NCBI GenBank assembly: GCA_027012955.1
Contig: JALUYL010000047.1
Coordinates: 1-58,970 of the forward strand
Direction: 5' to 3'
DNA length: 58,970 nucleotides
Origin: Sulfurovum sp.
GTDB lineage: Bacteria > Campylobacterota > Campylobacteria > Campylobacterales > Sulfurovaceae
Part shown: piece after piece, positions 30,298 through 40,412 of the stretch
Layout of the letters: each line of letters opens with the position of its first letter
Numbering within the stretch: the stretch's first letter is position 1
The notes under the pieces: generated by a model
The model's database searches: none
What the model was told of the DNA's origin: nothing
Seen by the model: only the letters and a program-made list of their open reading frames with translations
Translations under genes and position numbers: made by a program

Positions 30298-30326
30298 TGC
30301 ATTCCCACGCAGAGCGTGGGAACGAG
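30298..30326. repeat. REP-like palindrome of a second class
   Basis: TGCA-TTCCCACGC-AGA-GCGTGGGAA-CGAG, a GC-rich 9-bp hairpin in AT-rich intergenic DNA just after the purE stop. Confidence 0.7.
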
Positions 30327-30334
30327 TTTTGGGG

Positions 30335-30829
30335 TTATAGTATTGTTTCGATTTCAGAAGAGTCAAGCTCTACTTTTTTCGCTTTGCTGATACGGTCTTC
30401 TTGAAGTTTCACTTTGAGTTCATCATCTTGAAGTGCCATAATTTGAATGGCAAGATACGCAGCATTTACTGCTCCTGCTTTACCGATGGCAAGTGTTCCT
30501 ACTGGCATACCTGCTGGCATCATTACTGTACTTAACAATGCATCTTCACCTTTAAGGGGTCCTGACTCCATGGGTACACCCAAGATTGGCTTGGTTGTAC
30601 TTGCTGCTAATGCACCTGCAAGGTGTGCTGCCATGCCTGCTGCTGCGATGAACACTTGTGCACCTTTTGCCTCTGCTTCTTTCATATATGTTTTTGTTCT
30701 CTCAGGGCTTCTGTGTGCAGAAGAGATAATAAGCTCATACGGTACACCAAATTTCTTCAGCGTATCTGCACATTCAGACATAATCGTATAGTCACTTTTA
30801 CTGCCCATTATGATGGATACAAATTTCAT
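30335..30829 (-). CDS. purE: N5-carboxyaminoimidazole ribonucleotide mutase
   Basis: MGSKSD, SAHRSP, AGMAAHL, MPAGMPV. Confidence 0.98.
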   Translation of the reverse strand: MKFVSIIMGSKSDYTIMSECADTLKKFGVPYELIISSAHRSPERTKTYMKEAEAKGAQVFIAAAGMAAHLAGALAASTTKPILGVPMESGPLKGEDALLSTVMMPAGMPVGTLAIGKAGAVNAAYLAIQIMALQDDELKVKLQEDRISKAKKVELDSSEIETIL

Positions 30830-30844
30830 TTTATGATTCCTTTT

Positions 30845-32179
30845 TTATTTATTTTCTTGTTCTAGCTTCATGGGCGTTGAGTCTTCTGTAAGACCTTTTT
30901 TCTCCAAAGCTTCAGCTATCTTGCGACGTAGTATCGTATAACCTGGCAACTTTGTCGGTAAAAGAATATCATTCACATTACCACTGTGTACACACTCTAG
31001 CTCTTTACCATCTTTGGTCGTTAAGTTCTTAAATGTCAGCCAGTATTGTCCATTGACTTCATCTATTTTACCTATTTCATTGTCTACTAAATCAACTGTA
31101 GCCCCTACAGGAAGTACAATTTCCACTGCATCACCTAGACACGTTTTGTCTTTACACTTCCATGTCAGACCATCTTCACTTACCAGTCCTGCAACTTGGT
31201 GTGTACCATACTGTATAGAAAATTCATTTGACTCTGTGTCGTTTCTGTCAAAAGGACGGGAGAGTAAATACGCATCGGTAAATCCACGGTTTTGCGTGGT
31301 ACCAAGCTCTCTTTGGTAACGCTTTTCATCAAAGTCATTGGCATAATAGTCATCTATCGCATGACGATACGCTTTTGTAACAACACCTGCGTAGTATGGA
31401 GACTTCGTACGCCCTTCAATCTTGAGTGAGTCAATTACACCCGATTTCATGATTTCATCTACATGAGAAGCCATATTCATATCTTTGGCATTCATAATGT
31501 AGGTACCTATGCCCTCTTCTTCATCGAGTCTAAAAGTAGTCCCAGATTCAGGATTGTGTGCATATATTTCGTATGGGAAACGACAATCATTTGCACAGCT
31601 TCCACGGTTGGGTACGCGCCCTGTTTGAAGTGAAGAGATGAGGCAACGCCCAGAGTAGGCAAAACACATCGAACCATGTACAAAGATTTCAAGCTCCAAG
31701 TCTGGTATATGATTTTTAATCGCTTCACAGTCCTTCAAACTAATCTCACGTGCCACGATGATACGCTTTACACCCAAGTCATAATAGACCTCTGCATCCA
31801 TAGCGTTCATCACATTGGCTTGCGTAGAAAGATGGATAGGTATATCAGGTGCTATTTTGTGAGCGATTTTGACCACACCCGGAGAGGACACTATGAGGGC
31901 GTCAGGTTTAAGTTCTGCGATTTTAGCAATGTGATTTTCATAGAGTTTAAGTTGAGAATTAAAAGGAAAAGAGTTTACGGTAGAATAGACTTTTTTACCT
32001 CTTTCATGGGCATAAGCAATGCCTTCTGCATAGGCTTCCATATCAAACTCTTTACCTGAACGTATACGAAGAGAAAAAGTACTTGTTCCACCATATACAG
32101 CGTCAGCACCATAGTTTAGAGCAATCTTCATCTTCTCCAAGTTACCTGCTGGTGCTAAAAGTTCTACTTTGTTTTGCAT
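30845..32179 (-). CDS. U32 family protein (TrhP/YegQ-like tRNA hydroxylation protein)
   Basis: ELLAPAG, HLSTQAN, FVHGSMCFAYSGRCL.S..NRGSC..CR, KIEGR. Confidence 0.93.
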   Translation of the reverse strand: MQNKVELLAPAGNLEKMKIALNYGADAVYGGTSTFSLRIRSGKEFDMEAYAEGIAYAHERGKKVYSTVNSFPFNSQLKLYENHIAKIAELKPDALIVSSPGVVKIAHKIAPDIPIHLSTQANVMNAMDAEVYYDLGVKRIIVAREISLKDCEAIKNHIPDLELEIFVHGSMCFAYSGRCLISSLQTGRVPNRGSCANDCRFPYEIYAHNPESGTTFRLDEEEGIGTYIMNAKDMNMASHVDEIMKSGVIDSLKIEGRTKSPYYAGVVTKAYRHAIDDYYANDFDEKRYQRELGTTQNRGFTDAYLLSRPFDRNDTESNEFSIQYGTHQVAGLVSEDGLTWKCKDKTCLGDAVEIVLPVGATVDLVDNEIGKIDEVNGQYWLTFKNLTTKDGKELECVHSGNVNDILLPTKLPGYTILRRKIAEALEKKGLTEDSTPMKLEQENK

Positions 32180-32255
32180 AAAAATCCTGTCTAAAATATT
32201 GGATATATTTTAGCGTATTAGTAGTAAAGAACAGTTTTTATGATAAAATCACTCT

Positions 32256-33044
32256 ATGAAGAAAACAAGAATTGACCTACATAACCACACTACACGTTGC
32301 AACCATGCAGAGGGAACAGTAGATGAATACATCCAACGCGCCATTGCACTTGGCATAGATATTTACGGTTTTTCCGAACATGCTCCTATGGATTTCGATG
32401 AAAACTATAGACTGAAGTTTGATGAAATGGATGCCTATGTTTCGGACATCCTCACTGCAAAAGAAAACTACAAAAACGACATAGACATTTTACTAGGCTA
32501 TGAAGTAGACTGGCTACAAGGGCATATGGACGAGCGCGTACTTCATGCCAATGTTGACTACCTTATAGGCTCTGTACACTTCATAGACAAATGGGGTTTT
32601 GATAACCCAGAGTTTATAGGTGGATGGAAAGAAAAAGATATAGATGAGATATGGCAAGCCTATTTTGAAGCCACTGAGTCGATGGCAAAGTCTGGAAAGT
32701 TTGACATTGTAGGACACTTAGACCTCATAAAAGTCTTTAAATTTATGCCAAAACAAGATGTACGATTGTTAGCCAAAGATGTTCTAAAAGCCATTAAAAC
32801 ATCCAATATGGTGATGGAAATCAACACAGCCGGTTTGCGAAAGCCTATAGGAGAAATGTACCCTTCACGTGCGTTATTGGAAGAAGCGTATACACTTGAT
32901 ATTCCCATCACATTCTCTTCAGATGCCCATGCAGTAAACCAAATAGGTGAAGGATATGACTTGGCAACCGCACTGGCAGGAGACATCGGATATACCAAAG
33001 CTGTTACTTTTAAAGGGCGAGATAAACAATTGATTACTTTTTAG
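32256..33044 (+). CDS. histidinol-phosphatase, HisJ/PHP family
   Basis: DLHNHT..C.HA, SEHAP, GSVH, SSDAH. Confidence 0.92.
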   Translation: MKKTRIDLHNHTTRCNHAEGTVDEYIQRAIALGIDIYGFSEHAPMDFDENYRLKFDEMDAYVSDILTAKENYKNDIDILLGYEVDWLQGHMDERVLHANVDYLIGSVHFIDKWGFDNPEFIGGWKEKDIDEIWQAYFEATESMAKSGKFDIVGHLDLIKVFKFMPKQDVRLLAKDVLKAIKTSNMVMEINTAGLRKPIGEMYPSRALLEEAYTLDIPITFSSDAHAVNQIGEGYDLATALAGDIGYTKAVTFKGRDKQLITF

Positions 33045-33117
33045 GCAAAACTCCTACCCTTATTTATTTTAGAGTGGTTATAATCTAAGGATAAAATTTT
33101 AATTAGGAGAGTTACAC

Positions 33118-34551
33118 ATGGGTAAATTCGTAAATAACATGGCAGAGTTTAACAAATATTGTGAGGAAAATGAAGTTGAATTCATCGACTTTAGATTTAC
33201 AGATATTAAAGGTGCATGGCACCATATTTCATACAGAGCACCTGCTGTAGATGATAAGATGCTAGAAGCAGGTCTTCCATTTGATGGTTCATCTATCGAA
33301 AACTGGCAACCAATCAATGAATCAGATATGATTCTTAAGCCAGATGTCACATCTGCATTTATGGATCCATTTACCGCAGACAGCACAGTTATCCTTATCT
33401 GTGATGTATATGACATCTATAAAAATGAGCTTTACGCTAAATGTCCAAGAAGTATCGCTAAAAAAGCACTTGAAGCACTTGATAAAGCGGGTGTTGCAGA
33501 TGCTGCGTACTTTGGTCCTGAAAATGAATTTTTCATCTTTGATGATGTAAAAATTGTTGACAACGACAACCACCAGTCATTTAAAGTAGAAACAGACGAA
33601 GGTCACTGGGCCGATAACGAAGATTATGGTGAATATGGAAACATGGGTCACAGACCTAGAATTAAAGGTGGTTACTTCCCAGTAATGCCTACAGATTCTG
33701 CTGTAGATTTAAGAGCTGAGATGATGCTACTTCTTGAAGAAGTAGGATTAGAAGTAATTCTTGGTCACCACGAAGTGGCACAGGGTCAACACGAAATCGG
33801 TATCGTTTACTCAGACATCATCACTGCTGCTGATAATGTACAAAAATATAAATATGTTGTAAAAATGGTTGCACACCTTAATGGTAAGACAGCTACATTT
33901 ATGCCTAAGCCTATTTATAATGATAACGGAAATGGTATGCACGTACACCAATCACTCTGGAAAGATGGTGTAAACACATTCTATGAAGAAGGTGCGTACG
34001 CAAACCTTTCTAAGACTGCATTAGATTACCTTTCTGGTATCTTCAAACACAAAGAAGCAGTAGCATCATTTACGAACCCAAGTACAAACTCATTTAAGAG
34101 ACTACTTCCAGGTTTTGAAGCACCACGTATCTTGACTTATTCTAGCCAAAACCGTTCAGCTGCATGTCGTATACCTTATGGTGCAGGTGCGCCAGCAACT
34201 AGAATCGAGACACGTTTCCCAGATTCTACTTGTTGTCCTTACCTTGCATTCTCGGTACTTATGATTGCAGGGCTCGATGGTATCAAACAAGGTGGGTACC
34301 CACTTGTTGGTCCATTTAATGAAGATTTATTTGAGCTTACTAGAGATGAGATTGCTGAAAGAGGTATCCCTGAACTTCCAAACTCATTTAGAGATGCACT
34401 TGAAGGACTTTCAGAAGACCACGACTTCCTAGCACCTATCATGAGCCCAGAATACGTTAAAGAATATGTTGATTATATGTTCGACAGACACGTTATCCCT
34501 GTTGAAGGTCGCCCAACAGCACACGAGTACATCACTACTTACTCTTGCTAA
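33118..34551 (+). CDS. glnA: type I glutamine synthetase
   Basis: FDGSSI, GPENEF, HHEVA..Q.E, GNGMHVHQS, NRSA.CRIP. Confidence 0.98.
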   Translation: MGKFVNNMAEFNKYCEENEVEFIDFRFTDIKGAWHHISYRAPAVDDKMLEAGLPFDGSSIENWQPINESDMILKPDVTSAFMDPFTADSTVILICDVYDIYKNELYAKCPRSIAKKALEALDKAGVADAAYFGPENEFFIFDDVKIVDNDNHQSFKVETDEGHWADNEDYGEYGNMGHRPRIKGGYFPVMPTDSAVDLRAEMMLLLEEVGLEVILGHHEVAQGQHEIGIVYSDIITAADNVQKYKYVVKMVAHLNGKTATFMPKPIYNDNGNGMHVHQSLWKDGVNTFYEEGAYANLSKTALDYLSGIFKHKEAVASFTNPSTNSFKRLLPGFEAPRILTYSSQNRSAACRIPYGAGAPATRIETRFPDSTCCPYLAFSVLMIAGLDGIKQGGYPLVGPFNEDLFELTRDEIAERGIPELPNSFRDALEGLSEDHDFLAPIMSPEYVKEYVDYMFDRHVIPVEGRPTAHEYITTYSC

Positions 34552-34558
34552 ACCCCTT

Positions 34559-34600
34559 TCGGGTTTCGGCCCGAGCTTTACTTCCCCTCTTTTTTCTTTT
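34559..34600 (+). terminator. probable intrinsic terminator of glnA
   Basis: TCGGG-TTTCGG-CCCGA hairpin followed by pyrimidine/T-rich tract, between convergent genes. Confidence 0.5.
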
Positions 34601-34726
34601 CAATTCTTATTTTAACATTAAACAATACAGTACTTTTAACATCTATCGATAATTTTATATGATACACAAAGAAAGAATAAGAAATGTGAAAATGGGTACC
34701 GCTTTTGGGTACCCGAAGAAAACCAA

Positions 34727-36031
34727 CTAAGACTTAAAGATATTTTTTTCTTCCTCTTTTTTAAAGAAGGTGAAGTACGTCCATAGTGTTGTACCATACA
34801 CAAAAATAGAGAGAACAACTACCCCAATCGTCACAGCTTCAAACATCTCTTTATGTGCAAACGTATCTGGGATAAGGTGTACCAAGATGATAGATAGTGC
34901 CCCTTTCATACCAGAGAAGGTCAATATAAACCACCCTTCAACACCTACAGGCTTAATGGAATCTAAGGACTTCACCGTACCAAAAAAGGCAAACTTTGCC
35001 ATAGATACAGCACGAATCAACGTAGTAAGTACAAACATAATCAAAATTTCTGTTTTATATTCCATGAGTAAATGGAAATCAACCATCTCAGCTAAAGCAA
35101 AAAATATCACAACCGCGGCAATGTACCCAAACTCTTTTGCCATTTCATAGATGTATTCTAGTCTTTCATGGGTTGTTGTCTCAAAGCCACCTAAACGTAA
35201 CTTACGCATAAAACTCTTTGTCTTTTTAGAGGTATCTGTGGACAAGTCTGTATCTATCCATGCTTTGGTCGCTACAATGGCTACGATGAGAGTCAAGATA
35301 CCTGAGATGTGCATCTCTTCTGCCAACACATAAGCTACATACGCTTCTACTATAAATGCAAAAAGTTCACCCCTTTTGTTAGAAAAGAGTTTCATAAGCA
35401 TATAAAACACAAAACCTAAGGCAAGTCCTATAGCTGTACTAACAACAAAGACACGCACCGCATCCATAGCAGCTACACCTGCATCAATATGTCCTGACAC
35501 CATCCACGGTAACCCGATGAAGAAAAAAGCGATAACCGCAGTTGCATCATTTCCTAGTGATTCACCTTCTATCAGTACTTTAATGTCATGATTTATGCCT
35601 TTAAAACGTGAAAGTACGGACTGTACAGAGACTGCATCGGTTGCCATATTGATAGCAAAAAGAGCCACGTATGCACCCAAACCTAAGCCTTCAAAGACAT
35701 TAAAGTATGAGAGACTTGCCCCTACTGTAATGGAGAGTGCTACAGCAACCACTGCCAAATAAAAGATGCTCCATGCATGCTTTTTAATGTCTGAAAAATG
35801 TAGATGTAAAGCATCTCCCATAAAAATAAGCGGGATACAAAATAAAATAACAGTAGAAAAGTTCTCCGCCAAATCGATAGGTACTGCAGGTTTAAAATAG
35901 GTATAGACCAAATACGAACCTATCAGTAGTATAAATACAGACGGTATCTTAAGTCTGTTTGCAAGGGCATCAGAGAATATCACTAAACTCAATATGGTAA
36001 TCAATAAAATCTCTGGTGCAAAACTATGCAT
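34727..36031 (-). CDS. CPA1 family Na+/H+ antiporter (NhaP-like)
   Basis: Multi-TM; ATDAVSV, IEGESLGNDA, G.KGA.S. Confidence 0.92.
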   Translation of the reverse strand: MHSFAPEILLITILSLVIFSDALANRLKIPSVFILLIGSYLVYTYFKPAVPIDLAENFSTVILFCIPLIFMGDALHLHFSDIKKHAWSIFYLAVVAVALSITVGASLSYFNVFEGLGLGAYVALFAINMATDAVSVQSVLSRFKGINHDIKVLIEGESLGNDATAVIAFFFIGLPWMVSGHIDAGVAAMDAVRVFVVSTAIGLALGFVFYMLMKLFSNKRGELFAFIVEAYVAYVLAEEMHISGILTLIVAIVATKAWIDTDLSTDTSKKTKSFMRKLRLGGFETTTHERLEYIYEMAKEFGYIAAVVIFFALAEMVDFHLLMEYKTEILIMFVLTTLIRAVSMAKFAFFGTVKSLDSIKPVGVEGWFILTFSGMKGALSIILVHLIPDTFAHKEMFEAVTIGVVVLSIFVYGTTLWTYFTFFKKEEEKNIFKS

Positions 36032-36071
36032 CTGCTTCCTTTAAATAAAATGAGCTTTACTCATGTATATC

Positions 36072-38204
36072 CTAAAATAGTGTACCACTATCGTGTGACA
36101 CAGGGGTAAGAGGTACTTTTCTGTCTGGGTGCAATGCATCTCCATTTTCTTGCGTATCCTCTTCATTATAGAGTGGGGTGTCATCAATGTTAATCGTTGG
36201 TGCCATACCGACTTCTCCATCGGGGTCCACATCTTCCACGATGTCTGTTTCATGTTCTACCATCGCTGTATCTTCCATCTGTGACTTTTTATAGCTGTCT
36301 GGTAAAGGGGAGATAGCCGTATAGAGTTCTTTACGCCCTGCATACACACCTTCCATCACACCTTCTGGTTTGTCAAAGGTACGTTTGGTATCGGGGTAAA
36401 GTTCTAGCAAATGTTTATAGTAGTAAGCAAATGCAGGTGCAGACATCGCTCCACCTGTCGCACCTCTTCCTATGCGTTTATTGTTATCTCTCCCGAACCA
36501 AACTATCGTCTCTATGGTTGGAGAGTAGCCACAAAACCATGCATCTATGTTGTTGTTGGTAGTCCCTGTTTTACCTGCTAGTTCTATGCCTTTCACACGT
36601 GCATTTCTACCTGTCCCACGCTTCACTACGTCTTTTAAAATATCTGTCATGAGGTAAGCTTGCTCTGGCGTGGTAAAGTCTTCGATTTCTTTAGATCGTG
36701 TTTCATAAATCACAGCACCCTCTTTAGAAACGATTTTACTCACAAGTCTTGGTGCTATCATGTGTCCTTTGTTTGCAAAAACTGAAAATATTTGTGCCAT
36801 TTTAATAGGACTCAGCCCAAGGTTACCAAGGGCTATCGACATATCTCTAGGGATATGTGGTACATCTAAAAATGCCAATCTTTTACGTATCGTACCCACA
36901 CCAATGTCTGAGACTAAGTTGATGGTAGCAAGGTTACGTGAATGTACCAGTGCTTCACGAAGTGGCATAAACCCTTTAAAGTCATGTTCATAGTTCTTAG
37001 GTGCCCAAAGTTTCAACTTTCCTTTATAAGTGTATTGAAAAGTACGTGCTAGGTCTGTAAGTGGACTCGCTGGGTTGTACCCCATATCTAAGGCTGTCTG
37101 ATAGATGAATGGTTTAAATGCAGAACCTGGTTGTCGCACAGACTGTGTCACACGGTTAAACATAGATTTTTTATAATCCACCCCACCTACCATAGATAAG
37201 ATGTCTCCCGTACTGCTCTCCACTGTTACAAATGCCATATTGAGCGTAGACGTTGCAGGGGTTTCACGGTATCGTTTGAGTGCTTTTTTATAGGCAAAGG
37301 CTACTGCATCTTTTGCAATGGCTTGTTGTTTCATGTCGATAGTCGTGTAGATTTCATACCCACCTGTACGCACATCACCCAACTTACCTTTAAAACGTCT
37401 CAGTACTTCATCGACTATCTCAGGTGCAATGTTTTGTGTTAAAGAAGTTTTATATACAACAGGTGCTTCTTTGACAGCTTTGAGATAATCACTCTGCGTT
37501 ATCCACCCTATGCTTTTCATACGATAGAGTACATTGTTTGCACGATTTAAGGCACGCTTGTAATGTCTCAGAGGATTATAAAAACTCGGTGCATTAGGTA
37601 GCCCTACCAACATAGCCATCTCTTTATGGCTAAGTTCACTCATCTCTTTATGAAAGTACCCATTGGCTGCTGTTTTCACACCAAAATAGTTGTTTCCATA
37701 GGAGATTTCGTTCAGATACCGCTCGATGATATCTTCTTTACTGAGTTCATGCTCTATTTTAATGGCTAAAATGGCTTCTTTTATTTTACGTGCCAGTTTC
37801 TTTTCATTGGAAAGAATTTTATTTTTAATCAACTGTTGTGTGAGGGTACTTCCCCCCTCAACAAATTTACCTGCTTGTATATCTTTCACTATCGCTCTCA
37901 TGATGGCATCAGGGTTCACACCATTGTGCTCAAAAAAGCGTGTATCTTCCATCGCCACAAGACCTTCGACAAGGAAACCTGGTATCTCATCGTAACGGGC
38001 ATAGAGACGGTGTTGGTCTTTAAACACATACGCCAGTTTTTCGCCATGTCTGTCATAAATAATAGAAGATGTTTCTGGTTTATAATTGATGAGTTTATCT
38101 GCATCTAACGATATCTCTTCATAGGCATAAATAAACGCAGCCGTCAGCGCCACACCAAATAACAGTGCTAAGATAATGGAACCTTTGATTAAACTATTGA
38201 ACAC
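36072..38204 (-). CDS. penicillin-binding protein 1A family (bifunctional transglycosylase/transpeptidase)
   Basis: EDTRFFEH.G, GGSTLTQQLIK, SAFK, SRN, KTG. Confidence 0.96.
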   Translation of the reverse strand: MFNSLIKGSIILALLFGVALTAAFIYAYEEISLDADKLINYKPETSSIIYDRHGEKLAYVFKDQHRLYARYDEIPGFLVEGLVAMEDTRFFEHNGVNPDAIMRAIVKDIQAGKFVEGGSTLTQQLIKNKILSNEKKLARKIKEAILAIKIEHELSKEDIIERYLNEISYGNNYFGVKTAANGYFHKEMSELSHKEMAMLVGLPNAPSFYNPLRHYKRALNRANNVLYRMKSIGWITQSDYLKAVKEAPVVYKTSLTQNIAPEIVDEVLRRFKGKLGDVRTGGYEIYTTIDMKQQAIAKDAVAFAYKKALKRYRETPATSTLNMAFVTVESSTGDILSMVGGVDYKKSMFNRVTQSVRQPGSAFKPFIYQTALDMGYNPASPLTDLARTFQYTYKGKLKLWAPKNYEHDFKGFMPLREALVHSRNLATINLVSDIGVGTIRKRLAFLDVPHIPRDMSIALGNLGLSPIKMAQIFSVFANKGHMIAPRLVSKIVSKEGAVIYETRSKEIEDFTTPEQAYLMTDILKDVVKRGTGRNARVKGIELAGKTGTTNNNIDAWFCGYSPTIETIVWFGRDNNKRIGRGATGGAMSAPAFAYYYKHLLELYPDTKRTFDKPEGVMEGVYAGRKELYTAISPLPDSYKKSQMEDTAMVEHETDIVEDVDPDGEVGMAPTINIDDTPLYNEEDTQENGDALHPDRKVPLTPVSHDSGTLF

Positions 38205-38232
38205 AGATGACCTTTATAGTGGGAAATAAATC

Positions 38233-39327
38233 TTATTGTAGCGAATTCTCTCTAATGAGCGCGATGGTATGTATGATTTTATTCATTTTTACCCCTACAT
38301 TCAATATAAGACGCATGATAGGTTTTTGTACTGTTGGTTGTCGTATGGCACCTACTAAGTAGCCATATTCGAGAAGCTCTTGCTGCATACTTTGTGTACT
38401 GAAATTATCAGGCATCTCTATAGGGACGATAAGACTACCGCACTCCATACCTAACATATGTGAAGCCATGTCTTGTCGTTTTTCTATCTTTTTTCTATAC
38501 TTTTTTGCATGTTTTTGCATATGCTTCATATTGACAAGTGCCAGTGCCGTGTCAAATACAGAGGGAGCTGTAGAGTAGATGATAGGTTTACCACGGTTGA
38601 CTAAAAAAGAAATGACATGAGAAGAGGATAAAATATAAGCACCATAGGAACCATAGGCTTTCCCTAAAGTTCCCATTTTTATATGTCGTTCGTTGATGCT
38701 GATATCGTAATGTTCAAATATTCCTAAAAGTTTTTCACCCAGTACCCCAGCAGAGTGTGCTTCATCTACTATCATGAGCGTATTTTTTTCTTCTGCCAAA
38801 TCAAATATCTCTTTGTCACACAGGTCTCCACCCATAGAGTAGACACCCTCTACTGCGATTATCTGTCTTTTGGCAGGGTAGGCTTCCAATTTTTGGCGTA
38901 AATCTTCCACATCATTGTGTTTAAATTGCACCACTCTCTCACCCAGTAACTCTGCTGCCATCACACCAGAGGCATGGTATTCTTCATCCATAAAAAGCAT
39001 ATCGCCTTTACGCACAAGTGCCTCTATGAGTGCCATATTTGCCAAATATCCAGACCCTACAATAAGCCCTTCTTCAAAGCCATTTTGTTTTGCCATCATC
39101 TCTTCAAACTTTTGGTGGATAGGATGATAACCATTGACCAACATCGAAGCTTTTGAGGTAAGTGTAGTGTATTTTTTTACCAATTTAACAGCTTTGCTAA
39201 ACTGTTTTTGGTTGTTTGAAAGTCCCAGATAATCATTCGATGCCATATCTACCAAATCTTCATCAAAAAGCTTACGTTCTCTGAAGCGTCCTGCTTTTTT
39301 TAGGGCTTTGAGTTCATTTTCGTACAT
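38233..39327 (-). CDS. bioF: 8-amino-7-oxononanoate synthase
   Basis: SNDYLGL, GYLAN, HAS, DEAHS, TLGKAYG, AIR.PTV. Confidence 0.9.
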   Translation of the reverse strand: MYENELKALKKAGRFRERKLFDEDLVDMASNDYLGLSNNQKQFSKAVKLVKKYTTLTSKASMLVNGYHPIHQKFEEMMAKQNGFEEGLIVGSGYLANMALIEALVRKGDMLFMDEEYHASGVMAAELLGERVVQFKHNDVEDLRQKLEAYPAKRQIIAVEGVYSMGGDLCDKEIFDLAEEKNTLMIVDEAHSAGVLGEKLLGIFEHYDISINERHIKMGTLGKAYGSYGAYILSSSHVISFLVNRGKPIIYSTAPSVFDTALALVNMKHMQKHAKKYRKKIEKRQDMASHMLGMECGSLIVPIEMPDNFSTQSMQQELLEYGYLVGAIRQPTVQKPIMRLILNVGVKMNKIIHTIALIRENSLQ

Positions 39328-40412
39328 TAAATAACTGCATCATAAAAATTCAATATTCGATTTGTAGGAGGTACAGAAATTTTCATGCTATTTACAAATA
39401 TATCATCTTGCCGTATAGCATCATTAAAGTGCCTATAATTATTCATAAAATTATCTGTTATATTGGCAATGTTATTACAAACTCTTAATTGTGGAATGTC
39501 ATTAATATTAAAGACCCTATGTACCATATAATTTCTATTTTCATTTATAAATTGTAATTCTTGTGAAGAAAAAATCATTTTTTGCTCAAATCTATATGAA
39601 GTTGCTTTTGCATCTGAATATATTGTGCTTCCAACGGTAGGTTGTATTTCAAAATCAAAGGGATAGCCAGATTCACTATTTTTATTCATCCATTGAAAAC
39701 TTTGTATTTCTCGAGAATGTACTAATCTATTCAAATGCTCATTAACAATTTCTTCCCCTTTTCTTCCAATTTTTTGAAATAAATTTTGAGCCTTTATAAT
39801 GTCATATTTTTTAGGGTTTATACGTTCAGAAAAGTACTTGTCTTCTGTTTGTGTATTAAGCTCTAATTCTTCAAAGTACTTAATATTGAGATTGTTCACT
39901 TTTAAAGTTAAATACTCAATTATTTTTATAAAAACTGGACTTGTTCTTGTGATTGTATCTCTCGCTTTTAATGGACCTAAGAGACGCAGAAGTTCAAAAT
40001 AGTTATCACTATTCTTATTTATTAAGATAAATATCAATTCTTTATCATCAAGCCCAAACCAAAATAAAAACCAATCATTATTTGGGTTATCATTAGCTAT
40101 TTTTCTAATATTATTTACAACAGATGTTCTACCATCTTGATATCTGGCAAGTTCATATTTTTTTCCTGTTCTAATTTTAGGGCTTCGTAAGCTACCATCT
40201 GGATTTTCAATTGGATCAAGGAAATCAATTACTTGTATAATGCTATTATTATAAATCAATTGAGCTGAAGCTTCTTGATGATAATTTGGTATAAATTCTA
40301 ATGTATTTTTCAATAATCCTATATGTGTTGTACCACCATCTGTCATACCTAATTCAGCATCAGTTATCTTTTTATATCCTATATTTGTATCTTTATGAAG
40401 TTTATAAAACAT
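39327..40412 (-). CDS. DUF3883/NOV-like PD-(D/E)XK nuclease, putative restriction endonuclease
   Basis: C-terminal IGRKGEE..WMN..ESGYPFDF..YSDAKAT..SSQE; directly downstream of two MTases; AT-rich. Confidence 0.75.
   Translation of the reverse strand: MFYKLHKDTNIGYKKITDAELGMTDGGTTHIGLLKNTLEFIPNYHQEASAQLIYNNSIIQVIDFLDPIENPDGSLRSPKIRTGKKYELARYQDGRTSVVNNIRKIANDNPNNDWFLFWFGLDDKELIFILINKNSDNYFELLRLLGPLKARDTITRTSPVFIKIIEYLTLKVNNLNIKYFEELELNTQTEDKYFSERINPKKYDIIKAQNLFQKIGRKGEEIVNEHLNRLVHSREIQSFQWMNKNSESGYPFDFEIQPTVGSTIYSDAKATSYRFEQKMIFSSQELQFINENRNYMVHRVFNINDIPQLRVCNNIANITDNFMNNYRHFNDAIRQDDIFVNSMKISVPPTNRILNFYDAVI

Noticed and set aside
34694-34714. GGGTACC-N7-GGTACCC palindrome
   Set aside because: Short hairpin between convergent genes; most simply terminator-related, nothing further supports it
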